From: Nitrososphaerota archaeon
GTDB lineage: Archaea; Thermoproteota; Nitrososphaeria; Nitrososphaerales; Nitrosopumilaceae
Assembly: GCA_027315065.1 (NCBI GenBank)
Contig: DAHUYT010000004.1
Span: 803-64,802, forward strand
DNA length: 64,000 bases
Direction: 5' to 3'
The notes below the pieces were generated by a model. That model did no database searches and had not been told where the DNA came from. It saw nothing but the letters and a program-made list of their open reading frames with translations. Within the stretch, counting starts at the first letter, position 1; every line of letters starts with the position of its first letter. Below, in pieces: positions 37,244-46,467 of this stretch. Position numbers and translations under genes: made by a program.

Positions 37244-39036
37244 TGAGATCTTGTTTCATCAGGATAGTAAATCACTTCTGAGTTTGTAACTGCTTTTTCA
37301 GATTTGAAGAAATTCACTGCATTTAGGATTTTTGAGTTGTCTGACTCGATACCGTCCACGCTTCCGGGGAGAATCAACTGTATTCTGATTCTTGACTTGA
37401 GAACATCGCTTAGTTCTTGATTAATCGTCGTAACAAAAGGTCTTAGTGCTCCTCGAAATATCTCTATCTGTGTTCTGTCTCTGCCTGTTGTCTTGCTACC
37501 AGATGGCATATCTGGACCGATTATTATTATGTGTCCTTCCTTTTCCTTGAAAAGAGGAGGATTTTTTGCTCCACCTGGAACAAATCTGTTAAGGACTTCT
37601 TGTAGGACGAGGGCTGGGGTGTCTATGAATTTGTCTACCAGCATGTCCCATTGCTGCCTTGACAACTCTGTAATCTTTGGGATTTGAGGTAATTTACCAG
37701 TTACATAAATCACTACATTAATCGGTCCTATCTTTTGGGTGGCAGTGTTTAGCATTCTTCTCATGTTTTCTTGGCTGTTGATATCCATGACATGAGAATG
37801 GAACTTGGATAATTGTTCTTCAGCATGTTTGATACTTGTCTTTGAAATCAAAATTACTGTTTTTCCTCCATTACTCTCGATATTTTGTGCAAGATATTCA
37901 ACTCTTGATACATCTGATTCTTCTGTGGTATCTACTACAAACAAAACCACTTCTGAGTTATACTCTGGCTTGGTTTCTGGTATTGAGCAAGCTATGTGAG
38001 GTTTAACGGGGTAGAATACTCTGTCTCCGGGAATTACTTTGCCATTTAGAATTTTTGATATATTTTCATCGCATAGCATAAGAACAATTTCGGCTACTTG
38101 TTGCTGTGACAAGAACTGTTCGTCTGCAATCATCTTGCTAGTGTTGGTTTGAATCTTTTCTGCAATCTGTTGTATCTTGGTCAAAAGAGAAGTAACAGTA
38201 CTGTAAAGTTTTTGAATTTCTGGTTCAGACGTTATTGATTTTGTCTTTGCTATTTTGGATACTGCTTGCTTCACTCCATTCTTTACTGTGTTCTCATCCT
38301 CACCTAGTAATGGAATGATATCGTTATTGACTGACTCTACTTCTTCTGAGGTTAGATTTTCAAAACCACTGACTCGCATAAACTCTGCCGCTGCTTTTGG
38401 ATAGACCGTTTTGTATATTCTGTCAGAATGAACTGGTCCTGGATTAGTAGCAATTGATATTATTCCTTTATCTGTAAGATCCCATGACATTGCCTCTGCA
38501 AGTCTATTCTTTGCTCCTTGAGATGCCGTGTATGGACTTCTAAATCTGTATGGTCTCTGTTCAAATGGACGTTCTTCCGTAAAGAAAGTGGATATTGTTA
38601 TAATCTTACATCCTGATTTCATGGCTTTGATTGCCTGTGCTGAAGTCCAGAAGGTACCGGTGAGATGAATGCCAACCGTACTCTTAAAATCATTCATTGG
38701 TGAATTTGAAAAACATGTTACTGGACCTGAAACCCCCGCATTATTTACTAAAATATCCACGGTTCCATGGGATTTCTTCAAATCTTCAAACATTTGAGAA
38801 ACTCCTACCTCATCACTAACGTCAATACCTGGGAAAATTTTCACAAATGCGCCGCTTTTAACTTTGTCAATTATGGTTTGTAATTCTTTTGCAGCTTCTT
38901 CGAGCGGCTCCTTTCTTCTTCCTAAAATAACTATGCTTGCACCGTTTTCGGCAAACTTGATCGCTATCGCTTTTCCGATTCCAGTGCCACTACCAGTGAT
39001 AACTGCCAGCTTATCTTGAAACTTTAACATTAACAA
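37240..39036 (-). CDS. Two-domain short-chain dehydrogenase/reductase (malonyl-CoA-reductase-like architecture)
   Basis: TGSGTGIG, GRR, NNAG, YTASQ, NPGPV; second degenerate Rossmann domain. Confidence 0.85.
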   Translation of the reverse strand: MLMLKFQDKLAVITGSGTGIGKAIAIKFAENGASIVILGRRKEPLEEAAKELQTIIDKVKSGAFVKIFPGIDVSDEVGVSQMFEDLKKSHGTVDILVNNAGVSGPVTCFSNSPMNDFKSTVGIHLTGTFWTSAQAIKAMKSGCKIITISTFFTEERPFEQRPYRFRSPYTASQGAKNRLAEAMSWDLTDKGIISIATNPGPVHSDRIYKTVYPKAAAEFMRVSGFENLTSEEVESVNNDIIPLLGEDENTVKNGVKQAVSKIAKTKSITSEPEIQKLYSTVTSLLTKIQQIAEKIQTNTSKMIADEQFLSQQQVAEIVLMLCDENISKILNGKVIPGDRVFYPVKPHIACSIPETKPEYNSEVVLFVVDTTEESDVSRVEYLAQNIESNGGKTVILISKTSIKHAEEQLSKFHSHVMDINSQENMRRMLNTATQKIGPINVVIYVTGKLPQIPKITELSRQQWDMLVDKFIDTPALVLQEVLNRFVPGGAKNPPLFKEKEGHIIIIGPDMPSGSKTTGRDRTQIEIFRGALRPFVTTINQELSDVLKSRIRIQLILPGSVDGIESDNSKILNAVNFFKSEKAVTNSEVIYYPDETRSQ

Positions 39037-39208
39037 AATTTGGCGCCTTTTGGACTATTTATTCGATTGTGCCGTGTGATTTGTGTGATTCCTTGATATT
39101 TTTACGAATGTTACAGTTTTCTACCTATAAACGGCGGATCTAATATGGTATTATGTTTGTATCAAAATCATCATTGAATTGAATGAAAATTCATCAAAAA
39201 GTATTTAC

Positions 39209-39787
39209 TCAAATCCACATGCCGCCCAAGCCACCATAACCAAAGCCACCATAGCCCATACCATACATCCCCATCCCTCCACCACCGAGCATTCCCATCA
39301 TGAGTAGGTTTGATGATAAACCTGACTGATCTTGAGACTGGTGTAACTGCTGATGTTGCTTTAACTCTTCATCTGATTTGAAGAGCAATCCATCTAGGTG
39401 ACATATCTTCAATGAAGGATCTATCTTGCTGACTATTTGCTCCCATATTTTCTCCTCAAACTTGTGGGCAGAATGCAGATCGGCTGCAGTAGCTATGCCT
39501 AGCGTAGCAACACCTTCTATGGCTGGAATGGCTAGATCTCGTCCCCAAATGCCAGCGTGTAATTGAACTTCAAATTTCCCCTTTGTACCTGCCACTATGA
39601 CATCCACATCTCTTACTCTTCCCATTACTATTCTTTCAATGTTTGATTTTCTTGCATGCATATCTAATAATCCATCTTTTGGATCCTCTGCAACGATCTT
39701 GAATCCTTGAGATTGCAGAATCTCTTTGATATGTGAATAAACATCCTTAGGATCTATATCTTTTTCAACGAATCCATGTTTTCGCAT
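39209..39787 (-). CDS. Hypothetical protein with C2H2-like finger and Gly/Met-rich tail
   Basis: C-x2-D-x3-F-x5-L-x2-H-x3-H at 39403-39341; tail GMLGGGGMGMYGMGYGGFGYGGLGGMWI. Confidence 0.72.
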   Translation of the reverse strand: MRKHGFVEKDIDPKDVYSHIKEILQSQGFKIVAEDPKDGLLDMHARKSNIERIVMGRVRDVDVIVAGTKGKFEVQLHAGIWGRDLAIPAIEGVATLGIATAADLHSAHKFEEKIWEQIVSKIDPSLKICHLDGLLFKSDEELKQHQQLHQSQDQSGLSSNLLMMGMLGGGGMGMYGMGYGGFGYGGLGGMWI

Positions 39788-39875
39788 TTCTTCTCTAGAT
39801 GACAGCGATCTTCTTCCAACTAATAAGTCTGGTGATCATTCTCATCGTTCCGTGTCCTAGATGTCATAAAGAGGC

Positions 39876-40160
39876 GGTTCTGCTAACTTATCGAGACCTG
39901 TCATTACAATCATTTCCCGATTATCAACTTGCTTCCATCTACTCCGAGGATTAGTGGCTGCAAGTTATCCACATTCCCCTTCATCGCTTCACCTGAAATC
40001 CCTCCAGGATGGCAAAACCTACTCCACCCCTTGTGCGCAATGTTCATGGACGCAACGACGTCGCGGTCCATTGATCTGCCACAATTAATGCACAATAATT
40101 TACGTCTGTGAAACCTGTCCTCTTGGAGTCTATCTCCGCATATTGAATAGAGTCTTAATG
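39876..40160 (-). mobile_element. tnpB: 3' remnant of an IS200/IS605-family tnpB with putative right end/omega-RNA region
   Basis: Frame reads YSICGDRL...RKLLCINCGRSMDRDVVASMNIA (TnpB zinc ribbon plus DRDxxAxxNI); in-frame TGA just upstream; no RuvC-I/II or tnpA. Confidence 0.75.
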
Positions 40161-40197
40161 TGTAATATTTATTTGTGGGTCAGATTCAACTTGACGT

Positions 40198-40434
40198 ATG
40201 CACGATTCCGAACCTGATACATTTGAGCAAAAAAACAAGCAAAAAGAATACTGTGAACTGTTAGAAAAAATTGGGATAAACGCAGAACCAAAGCAATTTG
40301 AAACTGACGAAGTTGAAAAAAGCGATTATTATTCAAAGTACTTCTCACATTCTCCTGTCATGGTTACAAATCATGGTTGTATAGATCTCAAAGACAGTAA
40401 CATCGACGTTATTCAAATAATCCAGAAGGGTTAA
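40198..40434 (+). CDS. Hypothetical protein
   Basis: 78-aa ORF, 1 nt before the next ORF. Confidence 0.55.
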   Translation: MHDSEPDTFEQKNKQKEYCELLEKIGINAEPKQFETDEVEKSDYYSKYFSHSPVMVTNHGCIDLKDSNIDVIQIIQKG

Positions 40435-40435
40435 A

Positions 40436-40816
40436 ATGTTACAAGATCTAAATCCATTACCCTGGGGAGCACAGGATAGATTTCAAGCACACTTTATTGT
40501 CAAAACTCAAAATCAACTTGACACTGATGATCTTCTTGCCAAAACAAAACTAAATACCAAAGGGCACTTTTCTACAAAGAAAGTATTGGGAGTAGAATGG
40601 ATTGGAGGAGAACTTGCCGCCTCTCTAAATTCTGACGAGGAACTCAAAAACATGATTCTGAAGCTTCCATATCGGGATGCGTTAATTTGGGTAGAGCCAA
40701 CCAAGAAAGGAATCCGGATTCACGGTAAATGGAAAAGTAGCCAGGAATTGGGGATTACAAAAGAACTATTTGAGATCTATGACAGAATAGCTGCTCATAT
40801 AAAAAAACACCTCTAA
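40436..40816 (+). CDS. Hypothetical protein
   Basis: 126-aa ORF with normal composition. Confidence 0.7.
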   Translation: MLQDLNPLPWGAQDRFQAHFIVKTQNQLDTDDLLAKTKLNTKGHFSTKKVLGVEWIGGELAASLNSDEELKNMILKLPYRDALIWVEPTKKGIRIHGKWKSSQELGITKELFEIYDRIAAHIKKHL

Positions 40817-41346
40817 GCTTTCCACCAATCAAGTGCTAGACAATCAATCTTATTTCCTTTTGGAATTGCAAGGATGAATTGTTTTCGAACAGTTGTGGCC
40901 AGCCTTCCTGCTAAAACAACTTCTGTTGCAGATATTGTATCTGTGGAATTGTAAACCTGTATCAAATATGGTGCATGATCTATACCTGGACCTTTTTGAT
41001 AAACTGCAAAATCACAACCAAATTTGATTCCAGGATTTACAATATATCCTTTATCTCTGAAATCTTTGTAGATCTGATATTTCTTGTCGAAGTTGTGGTG
41101 TTCGCGTCTACATATTTCCAGCATTTCGTTTAAAGCAACTTTTTTTTTAGCCTGATATATATTCAATTTTGATTTTTCCAGAAGATAATATCCTTCTATG
41201 AGATCCAAAATCAATGGTACACTAATCTCCTCAGGTTTTGGTTTTGTAATTCCTATTGGTTTTCCATAATATCCATTGATAAACAATGACTTTGATTCTT
41301 CCAGATTCCATATTATTATTCTATTCTCGATTAATTCTCCTTCCAA
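40813..41346 (-). CDS. endA: tRNA-intron endonuclease
   Basis: YKDFRDKGY, GIKFGCDFAVY, HAPYL, LATTVRK. Confidence 0.92.
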   Translation of the reverse strand: MEGELIENRIIIWNLEESKSLFINGYYGKPIGITKPKPEEISVPLILDLIEGYYLLEKSKLNIYQAKKKVALNEMLEICRREHHNFDKKYQIYKDFRDKGYIVNPGIKFGCDFAVYQKGPGIDHAPYLIQVYNSTDTISATEVVLAGRLATTVRKQFILAIPKGNKIDCLALDWWKA

Positions 41347-41423
41347 GTATCTCTTTCACTAATGAGGTAATTGATTTTAGTGTTTACAAAACGTTAGTAA
41401 AAAAAGAAGATGATTTTACTATT

Positions 41424-42077
41424 TTATAGGCTAAGCGCTAGCAGAATGAACGAATCTGATACCTGAAGGCATTTGTCCGACATTTCCTCTATGCCTTCCA
41501 CCACATCTTTTAGAAGCATTAGTTCCTTTGTAGTTGTGACCTCATCTAAGACCTTTATGGTTAATGAGCGATATTTTTCGTCTACCATTCTTTCCATCTT
41601 TTGTGCTTCATGTGCAAGATCGATTGCAACTGTAGCGTTACCGCCCATTGCACGAACAATTTCGTTTATCTTGTAAATCTGGTCTACTGCCTGCTCAATC
41701 AATTCGGATAGATCTTTCTCTATTTTTTCCTTCTTTAGTGTGGCTCCCTTTATGTTTGATAACTTGAAGGCTATGCCTGTAATGTAGCCAGCTATCTCAT
41801 CCATTGTGTATGCTGTATTTAACAGATTTTCCCGGTTCATCATAAGTCCTCCCACATCTGCTATTTCGCGAGTTATTTTCCTGCGCAAAGCCTCCACTTC
41901 ATCCTCTGTATTTTTTATTCTCTCAAGAACCTGTTTTACCTCTGCCTTGTCAGCCTTGATTATTAACTCTGGAAGTGATGAAAGGTCCCTCACTGCGTTA
42001 AGGATCCTGTTTATTTCATCCTGTAAAACGGCAAGTGCCTTTCTCTTTGCCTGAACTTCAAGTTCTCCGCTATACAT
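41424..42077 (-). CDS. DUF47/PhoU-like helical protein
   Basis: E.E.EALRRKI, D.IA, ERMVDEKYR, EEMSDKC pattern. Confidence 0.8.
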   Translation of the reverse strand: MYSGELEVQAKRKALAVLQDEINRILNAVRDLSSLPELIIKADKAEVKQVLERIKNTEDEVEALRRKITREIADVGGLMMNRENLLNTAYTMDEIAGYITGIAFKLSNIKGATLKKEKIEKDLSELIEQAVDQIYKINEIVRAMGGNATVAIDLAHEAQKMERMVDEKYRSLTIKVLDEVTTTKELMLLKDVVEGIEEMSDKCLQVSDSFILLALSL

Positions 42078-42137
42078 CTAGACGTTTAGTTCTATGCCAG
42101 CAGCTAATAATCCTTACGTAGAGAGCTTTTGATCAAA

Positions 42138-43913
42138 TTAACCTTTGTTCAACTGTCTTTCATCTTGCACTACTTTCTTTTGGCTATTGTACATGGTAAT
42201 AATCTCGCTCACAGAAGTAGAGTTTTCTGGAGTTTTTTCAAACCTGATCTTTCCAGTAAATTTAGGAAAGCGCAAGGCAAGACCACTACCCTTTCGTATC
42301 TTGTCTAAAGCTGCCTTATGAATGGGGCTCAATGTGATCTCAGAAGCCACTACTTCGATCACAACTTCTGGCTCGAACCATACGTCTGCTTCAAGCCCAC
42401 TGTCAACTCTGGGATCTTTCTTGATCCTGATTTTATCTGATAATATCTGATAAAATTGATCCAAACTTTCATCTGTAAATCCGGTTCCGACTTTACAGAT
42501 ACTGGGATAATTATCTACTTCATCGTCATATATTGACAAGAGTAATGCGCCATATCGGCCAGTTCTCCGGCCACGACCATAAAATGCACCTACTACAACC
42601 AAATCTAGAGAATCGCCTAACTCATTTCTATATTCGCGTTTTAGCTTGAGCCAATTACTTGCCCTGGCACCAGCTCTGTATGGTGAATCCAGATGTTTGA
42701 GCATGAGTCCCTCGCAACCAGAGTTAATGGCGTTTTCCAGAAAATCTTCAACCTCGTCATTTGTTTTGACTAACATCATGGGTATAACTTTAACAAACAA
42801 ATCTTCGTTTACAATATTTTCAAGCATACGTCGTCGTTCCTTGTATGGTGTATCTAAACAGCTTTTACCATCCACAAATATTATGTCAAAGAAATTGACT
42901 GTTATGGGATATTCTTGCACAGCCTTTACTATGTTGTATTTCCTTCTTCGATGCATAAGCTCTTGAAAAGGTAAAAACTCTCCCGTGTCTTCATTTATCG
43001 CTACTATTTCCGCCTCCAATATCACTTCGTCAGCATTTAATGATTTTCCAATCTTCTCCACAATATCAGGATAATAATTGGTAATGTTCTCAAGACTCCT
43101 AGAATAAAGAACGATCTTGTCTTTTTGCATATGGAGTTGAACCCGTTCACCATCAAGTTTGTATTCTGCAGCAAACTCCGCCTCTATTTTCTCGCGAGCC
43201 TCCTGTGCACTCTTTACTCTTTCAGCAAGCATGGGACGAATTGGACTGAAAACCGATACTTGGAAACCCCTCAGCGAATTAATTCCGTCTTTTGCAACGG
43301 CTTCTGCAACCCTACCCAAATCACTACAAACATTGTACGCATGTTCTAATAGATGTCTATTCTCTTTTGAACCTGTAAATGCAATAGACAACGCATCAAG
43401 AATGGTATAATCGGCTACTCCTAATCGCAGATTGGCAGTAATTATTTTTACGATGAATCTTCCTTCTGTAGGACTAGCGTCATTTAATAGACTAGAGATA
43501 TATTTCATTTTCATGTTTTGAGATTTATTTCCCCTTAGTGACGATATCTTGAATAAAGTGTCATAAACCCTCTCTACGGTAATATCTTCCTTGAGAAAAG
43601 TTGTTTGTGTTTTTTGCTCCAATATGTTGGCAGTAGCCTGTCCAAAATCCCCGACTTTTTTGTACTCATGTTCTATCTTCGATGCTGGAACTCCTGTGGA
43701 TTTTGACAGTGCCACAATTACAGTTTTTTCAGCAACTCCAATTTCCACTCCTTCATGTTCAGGTCTCAATTTACCTTGAAGCAAATATGTCACCTTTGAA
43801 ATTATTTCAGATGGGGTGATCTTAAATAAATCCACTAAATGTTGAGTCAACTCCAGTCGTTTAGTAGTGCCGCCCATGTATCCCAGAGTATCAGCTACCA
43901 CTGAAAACTTCAT
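42138..43913 (-). CDS. lig: ATP-dependent DNA ligase
   Basis: EYKLDGER adenylation motif, EGLMLK, WLKLK, LRFPKF. Confidence 0.96.
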   Translation of the reverse strand: MKFSVVADTLGYMGGTTKRLELTQHLVDLFKITPSEIISKVTYLLQGKLRPEHEGVEIGVAEKTVIVALSKSTGVPASKIEHEYKKVGDFGQATANILEQKTQTTFLKEDITVERVYDTLFKISSLRGNKSQNMKMKYISSLLNDASPTEGRFIVKIITANLRLGVADYTILDALSIAFTGSKENRHLLEHAYNVCSDLGRVAEAVAKDGINSLRGFQVSVFSPIRPMLAERVKSAQEAREKIEAEFAAEYKLDGERVQLHMQKDKIVLYSRSLENITNYYPDIVEKIGKSLNADEVILEAEIVAINEDTGEFLPFQELMHRRRKYNIVKAVQEYPITVNFFDIIFVDGKSCLDTPYKERRRMLENIVNEDLFVKVIPMMLVKTNDEVEDFLENAINSGCEGLMLKHLDSPYRAGARASNWLKLKREYRNELGDSLDLVVVGAFYGRGRRTGRYGALLLSIYDDEVDNYPSICKVGTGFTDESLDQFYQILSDKIRIKKDPRVDSGLEADVWFEPEVVIEVVASEITLSPIHKAALDKIRKGSGLALRFPKFTGKIRFEKTPENSTSVSEIITMYNSQKKVVQDERQLNKG

Positions 43914-43949
43914 TGAATATTTCTACAAACTGTAGGATAAAAGGTTGAG

Positions 43950-44252
43950 TTATTTTATGTGTAAATGTGTCTTGATTTTTAATCGTATTTCAGGAGTTCT
44001 TTTCAAAATGATGCTGTGAAAGTCTGAGGACTCTTCAAAATCTAAATATCTCTTGTTCCTCTGTAGAAATCCATCAAAGAAAACCCCACAGATATATCCA
44101 ATATAAATTCCATATGCAAAGTCTTCAAGGTTAGATGCTATGTCTAAGGACTTGGATTCAGCCAAAACCATTTTGGGATAATCCAACGCATATGTTATAA
44201 TGTCGTTGAGATTTTTTTCCTCGATCACATCTATGCCCATATGAGTGCCCAA
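43950..44252 (-). CDS. Hypothetical protein
   Basis: 100-aa ORF between ligase and S25e. Confidence 0.6.
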   Translation of the reverse strand: MGTHMGIDVIEEKNLNDIITYALDYPKMVLAESKSLDIASNLEDFAYGIYIGYICGVFFDGFLQRNKRYLDFEESSDFHSIILKRTPEIRLKIKTHLHIK

Positions 44253-44355
44253 ATTTAGCTTGTATTTAGAACTTTTGGAATTTAGGGTGAGGTCTCTAGA
44301 TTATCAGGAATAGAAATTCTCGTTCGTTTATAAATAGGAAATAGAAATCTCGATT

Positions 44356-44664
44356 ATGGGTGGAGCAAAGAAAAAGTCCCCGGCACAAGCAGAAAAGTCT
44401 CAGACTTCTGAAGCCGCGAAGAAAGATGGTTCAAAAAAAGACAAGAAAGAACAGAAACAAAGAACAAACGTTTCTGTAATAATAGATGAAGGGCAGGCTA
44501 TGAATTTTATAAAAAGTTCTAAGGTCTTCACCGTACAAGAACTGTCTAGACAAACAAATGTCAAGGTGTCGGCAGCAAACACGTATCTGCTAAACTTGTT
44601 AAAACAGGGATCAATAAAGAGAATAGGCGGATATAGTGGACATCATATCTATGTGCCGTCCTGA
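44356..44664 (+). CDS. rps25e: 30S ribosomal protein S25e
   Basis: MGGAKKK basic N-terminus, wHTH core; TTTATAAA about 22 nt upstream. Confidence 0.85.
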   Translation: MGGAKKKSPAQAEKSQTSEAAKKDGSKKDKKEQKQRTNVSVIIDEGQAMNFIKSSKVFTVQELSRQTNVKVSAANTYLLNLLKQGSIKRIGGYSGHHIYVPS

Positions 44665-45035
44665 GATATAGAAAATATATCGCCCGGTTTAATTTCTCTT
44701 AATGCTTCCAAGTTTGATGTTATTTTGCCAATGAGTGTCATAAGTTTGGTGGAAGTGACATCTTCTAAAAAGAAACAAATTGAACCATTCGATGCCATAA
44801 ATCCCACGTCGCCCTTTTTGAATTGCGTTCTGAGTTTTTCGCCACCTGTCGTAAGAGACGTATCCATGAATGCAATGGAATTGCCAATCATGTGTGAATT
44901 ACCCTCTAGTGGTAATGCTCTTAGTATGGAACCAACAGTTTTTGACGCCAGGTGACGTTTTAACTCAAATCTAATCTGTGCCTTTCCTCTCAATGCTAGT
45001 GTTAGATCAATCCTGGATACTGATCCGGCACTCAT
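44649..45035 (-). CDS. Cyclophilin-like fold protein (DUF369-like)
   Basis: TV.SILRALP, GDVGF...GSICFF. Confidence 0.75.
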   Translation of the reverse strand: MSAGSVSRIDLTLALRGKAQIRFELKRHLASKTVGSILRALPLEGNSHMIGNSIAFMDTSLTTGGEKLRTQFKKGDVGFMASNGSICFFLEDVTSTKLMTLIGKITSNLEALREIKPGDIFSISQDGT

Positions 45036-45087
45036 TTTTGAACGAGAGTATTATGAAATATATAACGTTTCTTACCGTTTTATCTTA

Positions 45088-45594
45088 ATGTCTGAGGAAC
45101 CTGAGGAAGTTAGTGTAGATACTGAAGAGGTTCCAACAGAGGAAGAGCCTGTAGAATCCATTTTACCACGAGAGGCAGAATCCGTAGAAGTTGTACCTGA
45201 TGATGGCGAAGAAAAGCCAGTAATTAAGAGAGGGAAAAAGGAACTTTCACCAGAAGAACTTGCAGAACAAGAAAGACTGCAAAAAATCATTGCTGCAAGA
45301 GAAATTATTGAGGTAGATCCAATACATATTTCAATAGAATATGAAACTGTGGGGAAAGGTAAAATTATGATTGGTCCTCCTACACTTACACGCTTTGAAA
45401 AAGCTAGAATTCTTGGAGCAAGAGCATTACAACTTTCTCTCGGTGCGCCGCCATTCATTCCGGTGCCTAAAGAGGTCGCAACATCACTTGATTTAGCTTA
45501 CAATGAGCTGGAAAAACGAGTTATTCCAATTACAATAAGGCGTGTATTACCAAATGGTGATTTTCAGAATATACCAATTGATCTCTTCGATTAA
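45088..45594 (+). CDS. rpo6: RNA polymerase subunit Rpo6 (K) with long acidic N-terminus
   Basis: LTRFEKARILGARALQLSLGAP, IPITIRR.LP. Confidence 0.93.
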   Translation: MSEEPEEVSVDTEEVPTEEEPVESILPREAESVEVVPDDGEEKPVIKRGKKELSPEELAEQERLQKIIAAREIIEVDPIHISIEYETVGKGKIMIGPPTLTRFEKARILGARALQLSLGAPPFIPVPKEVATSLDLAYNELEKRVIPITIRRVLPNGDFQNIPIDLFD

Positions 45595-45650
45595 TGGATG
45601 ATTTGTCGATAAGATTTTAATAGAATGTATAATTTGGTTTTTAGTAGATC

Positions 45651-45971
45651 TTGTTGAGTGGAATCGAGGAAAATATGCAACTAAATGACATGCCATCCTG
45701 CTCAAAAGATGGAAAATTGATCACAATTAATCAACAACCCATAATGGAATGTGCTCTTGATATTTTAACAGAATTGATAAAATATGGTACTGTGACTCTC
45801 AAGGCTAGGGGGGATTCAATCCCTACTGCTGTGGCTGTGGCAAACGTGATAACTGAAAACATGGTTAAAGGTAATTCTAAGATATCTGATATCGTAGTAG
45901 ATAGCGAGAACCATGAAAATCAAGGTCCACTTGTATCAATAATTGAAATAACTATAACCAAAACAAATTAA
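45651..45971 (+). CDS. Alba-family nucleic-acid-binding protein (divergent)
   Basis: LKARGDSIPTAV, SIIEITI. Confidence 0.75.
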   Translation: MLSGIEENMQLNDMPSCSKDGKLITINQQPIMECALDILTELIKYGTVTLKARGDSIPTAVAVANVITENMVKGNSKISDIVVDSENHENQGPLVSIIEITITKTN

Positions 45972-46384
45972 AAATTACTTCTTGGACCTTGGAGGAGCAT
46001 GTTTTCACATTCCTTGCATATTGCCTCGTCTATGTTTGATTCCAGCTTGTGATGTATGTCACAGATCAAAAGGCTTGATTTTATGTAATTGCAGAGGCCT
46101 ATGAATTTTGAAAGACTAGAAGGTGTATATGCCATGTTAGACGCTAAATTGTTACAAATATCCCTTATCATGTTTGATACCTCTTTAACTGCAAGGAGCT
46201 TGTGAATGAGTTCGGGATCACCTCTAGTTCCTCTAACATAATTACTAATTGCAGCTTGGGTCACTCCCAACATCTTTGAAACCTCCTCTTCACGTATTTT
46301 GTGATCCTCTATGAGTTTTTTAGCCAAGATGGCTCTCAATGCAGGAATTAGTGTCTTTGTTTCAATTTCGGCGGGCAAAAGCAT
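45968..46384 (-). CDS. HTH transcriptional regulator with Cys/His metal site (COG2522-like)
   Basis: LLP.EIE...IPALRA, LGVTQAAISNY, C..H...C..C. Confidence 0.8.
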   Translation of the reverse strand: MLLPAEIETKTLIPALRAILAKKLIEDHKIREEEVSKMLGVTQAAISNYVRGTRGDPELIHKLLAVKEVSNMIRDICNNLASNMAYTPSSLSKFIGLCNYIKSSLLICDIHHKLESNIDEAICKECENMLLQGPRSNF

Positions 46385-46467
46385 ATGGTTTTTTTCTTTG
46401 TAAAATATTTAAAGCTAATCTTTATCGCCATGATGACTTATTTGAGAGATTACTTGAGATCAATTAA

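Noticed and set aside
40198-40816. Two adjacent ORFs as one frameshifted gene
   Set aside because: The second has its own ATG 1 nt after the stop, typical of translational coupling; no slippery site or continuous domain evident.
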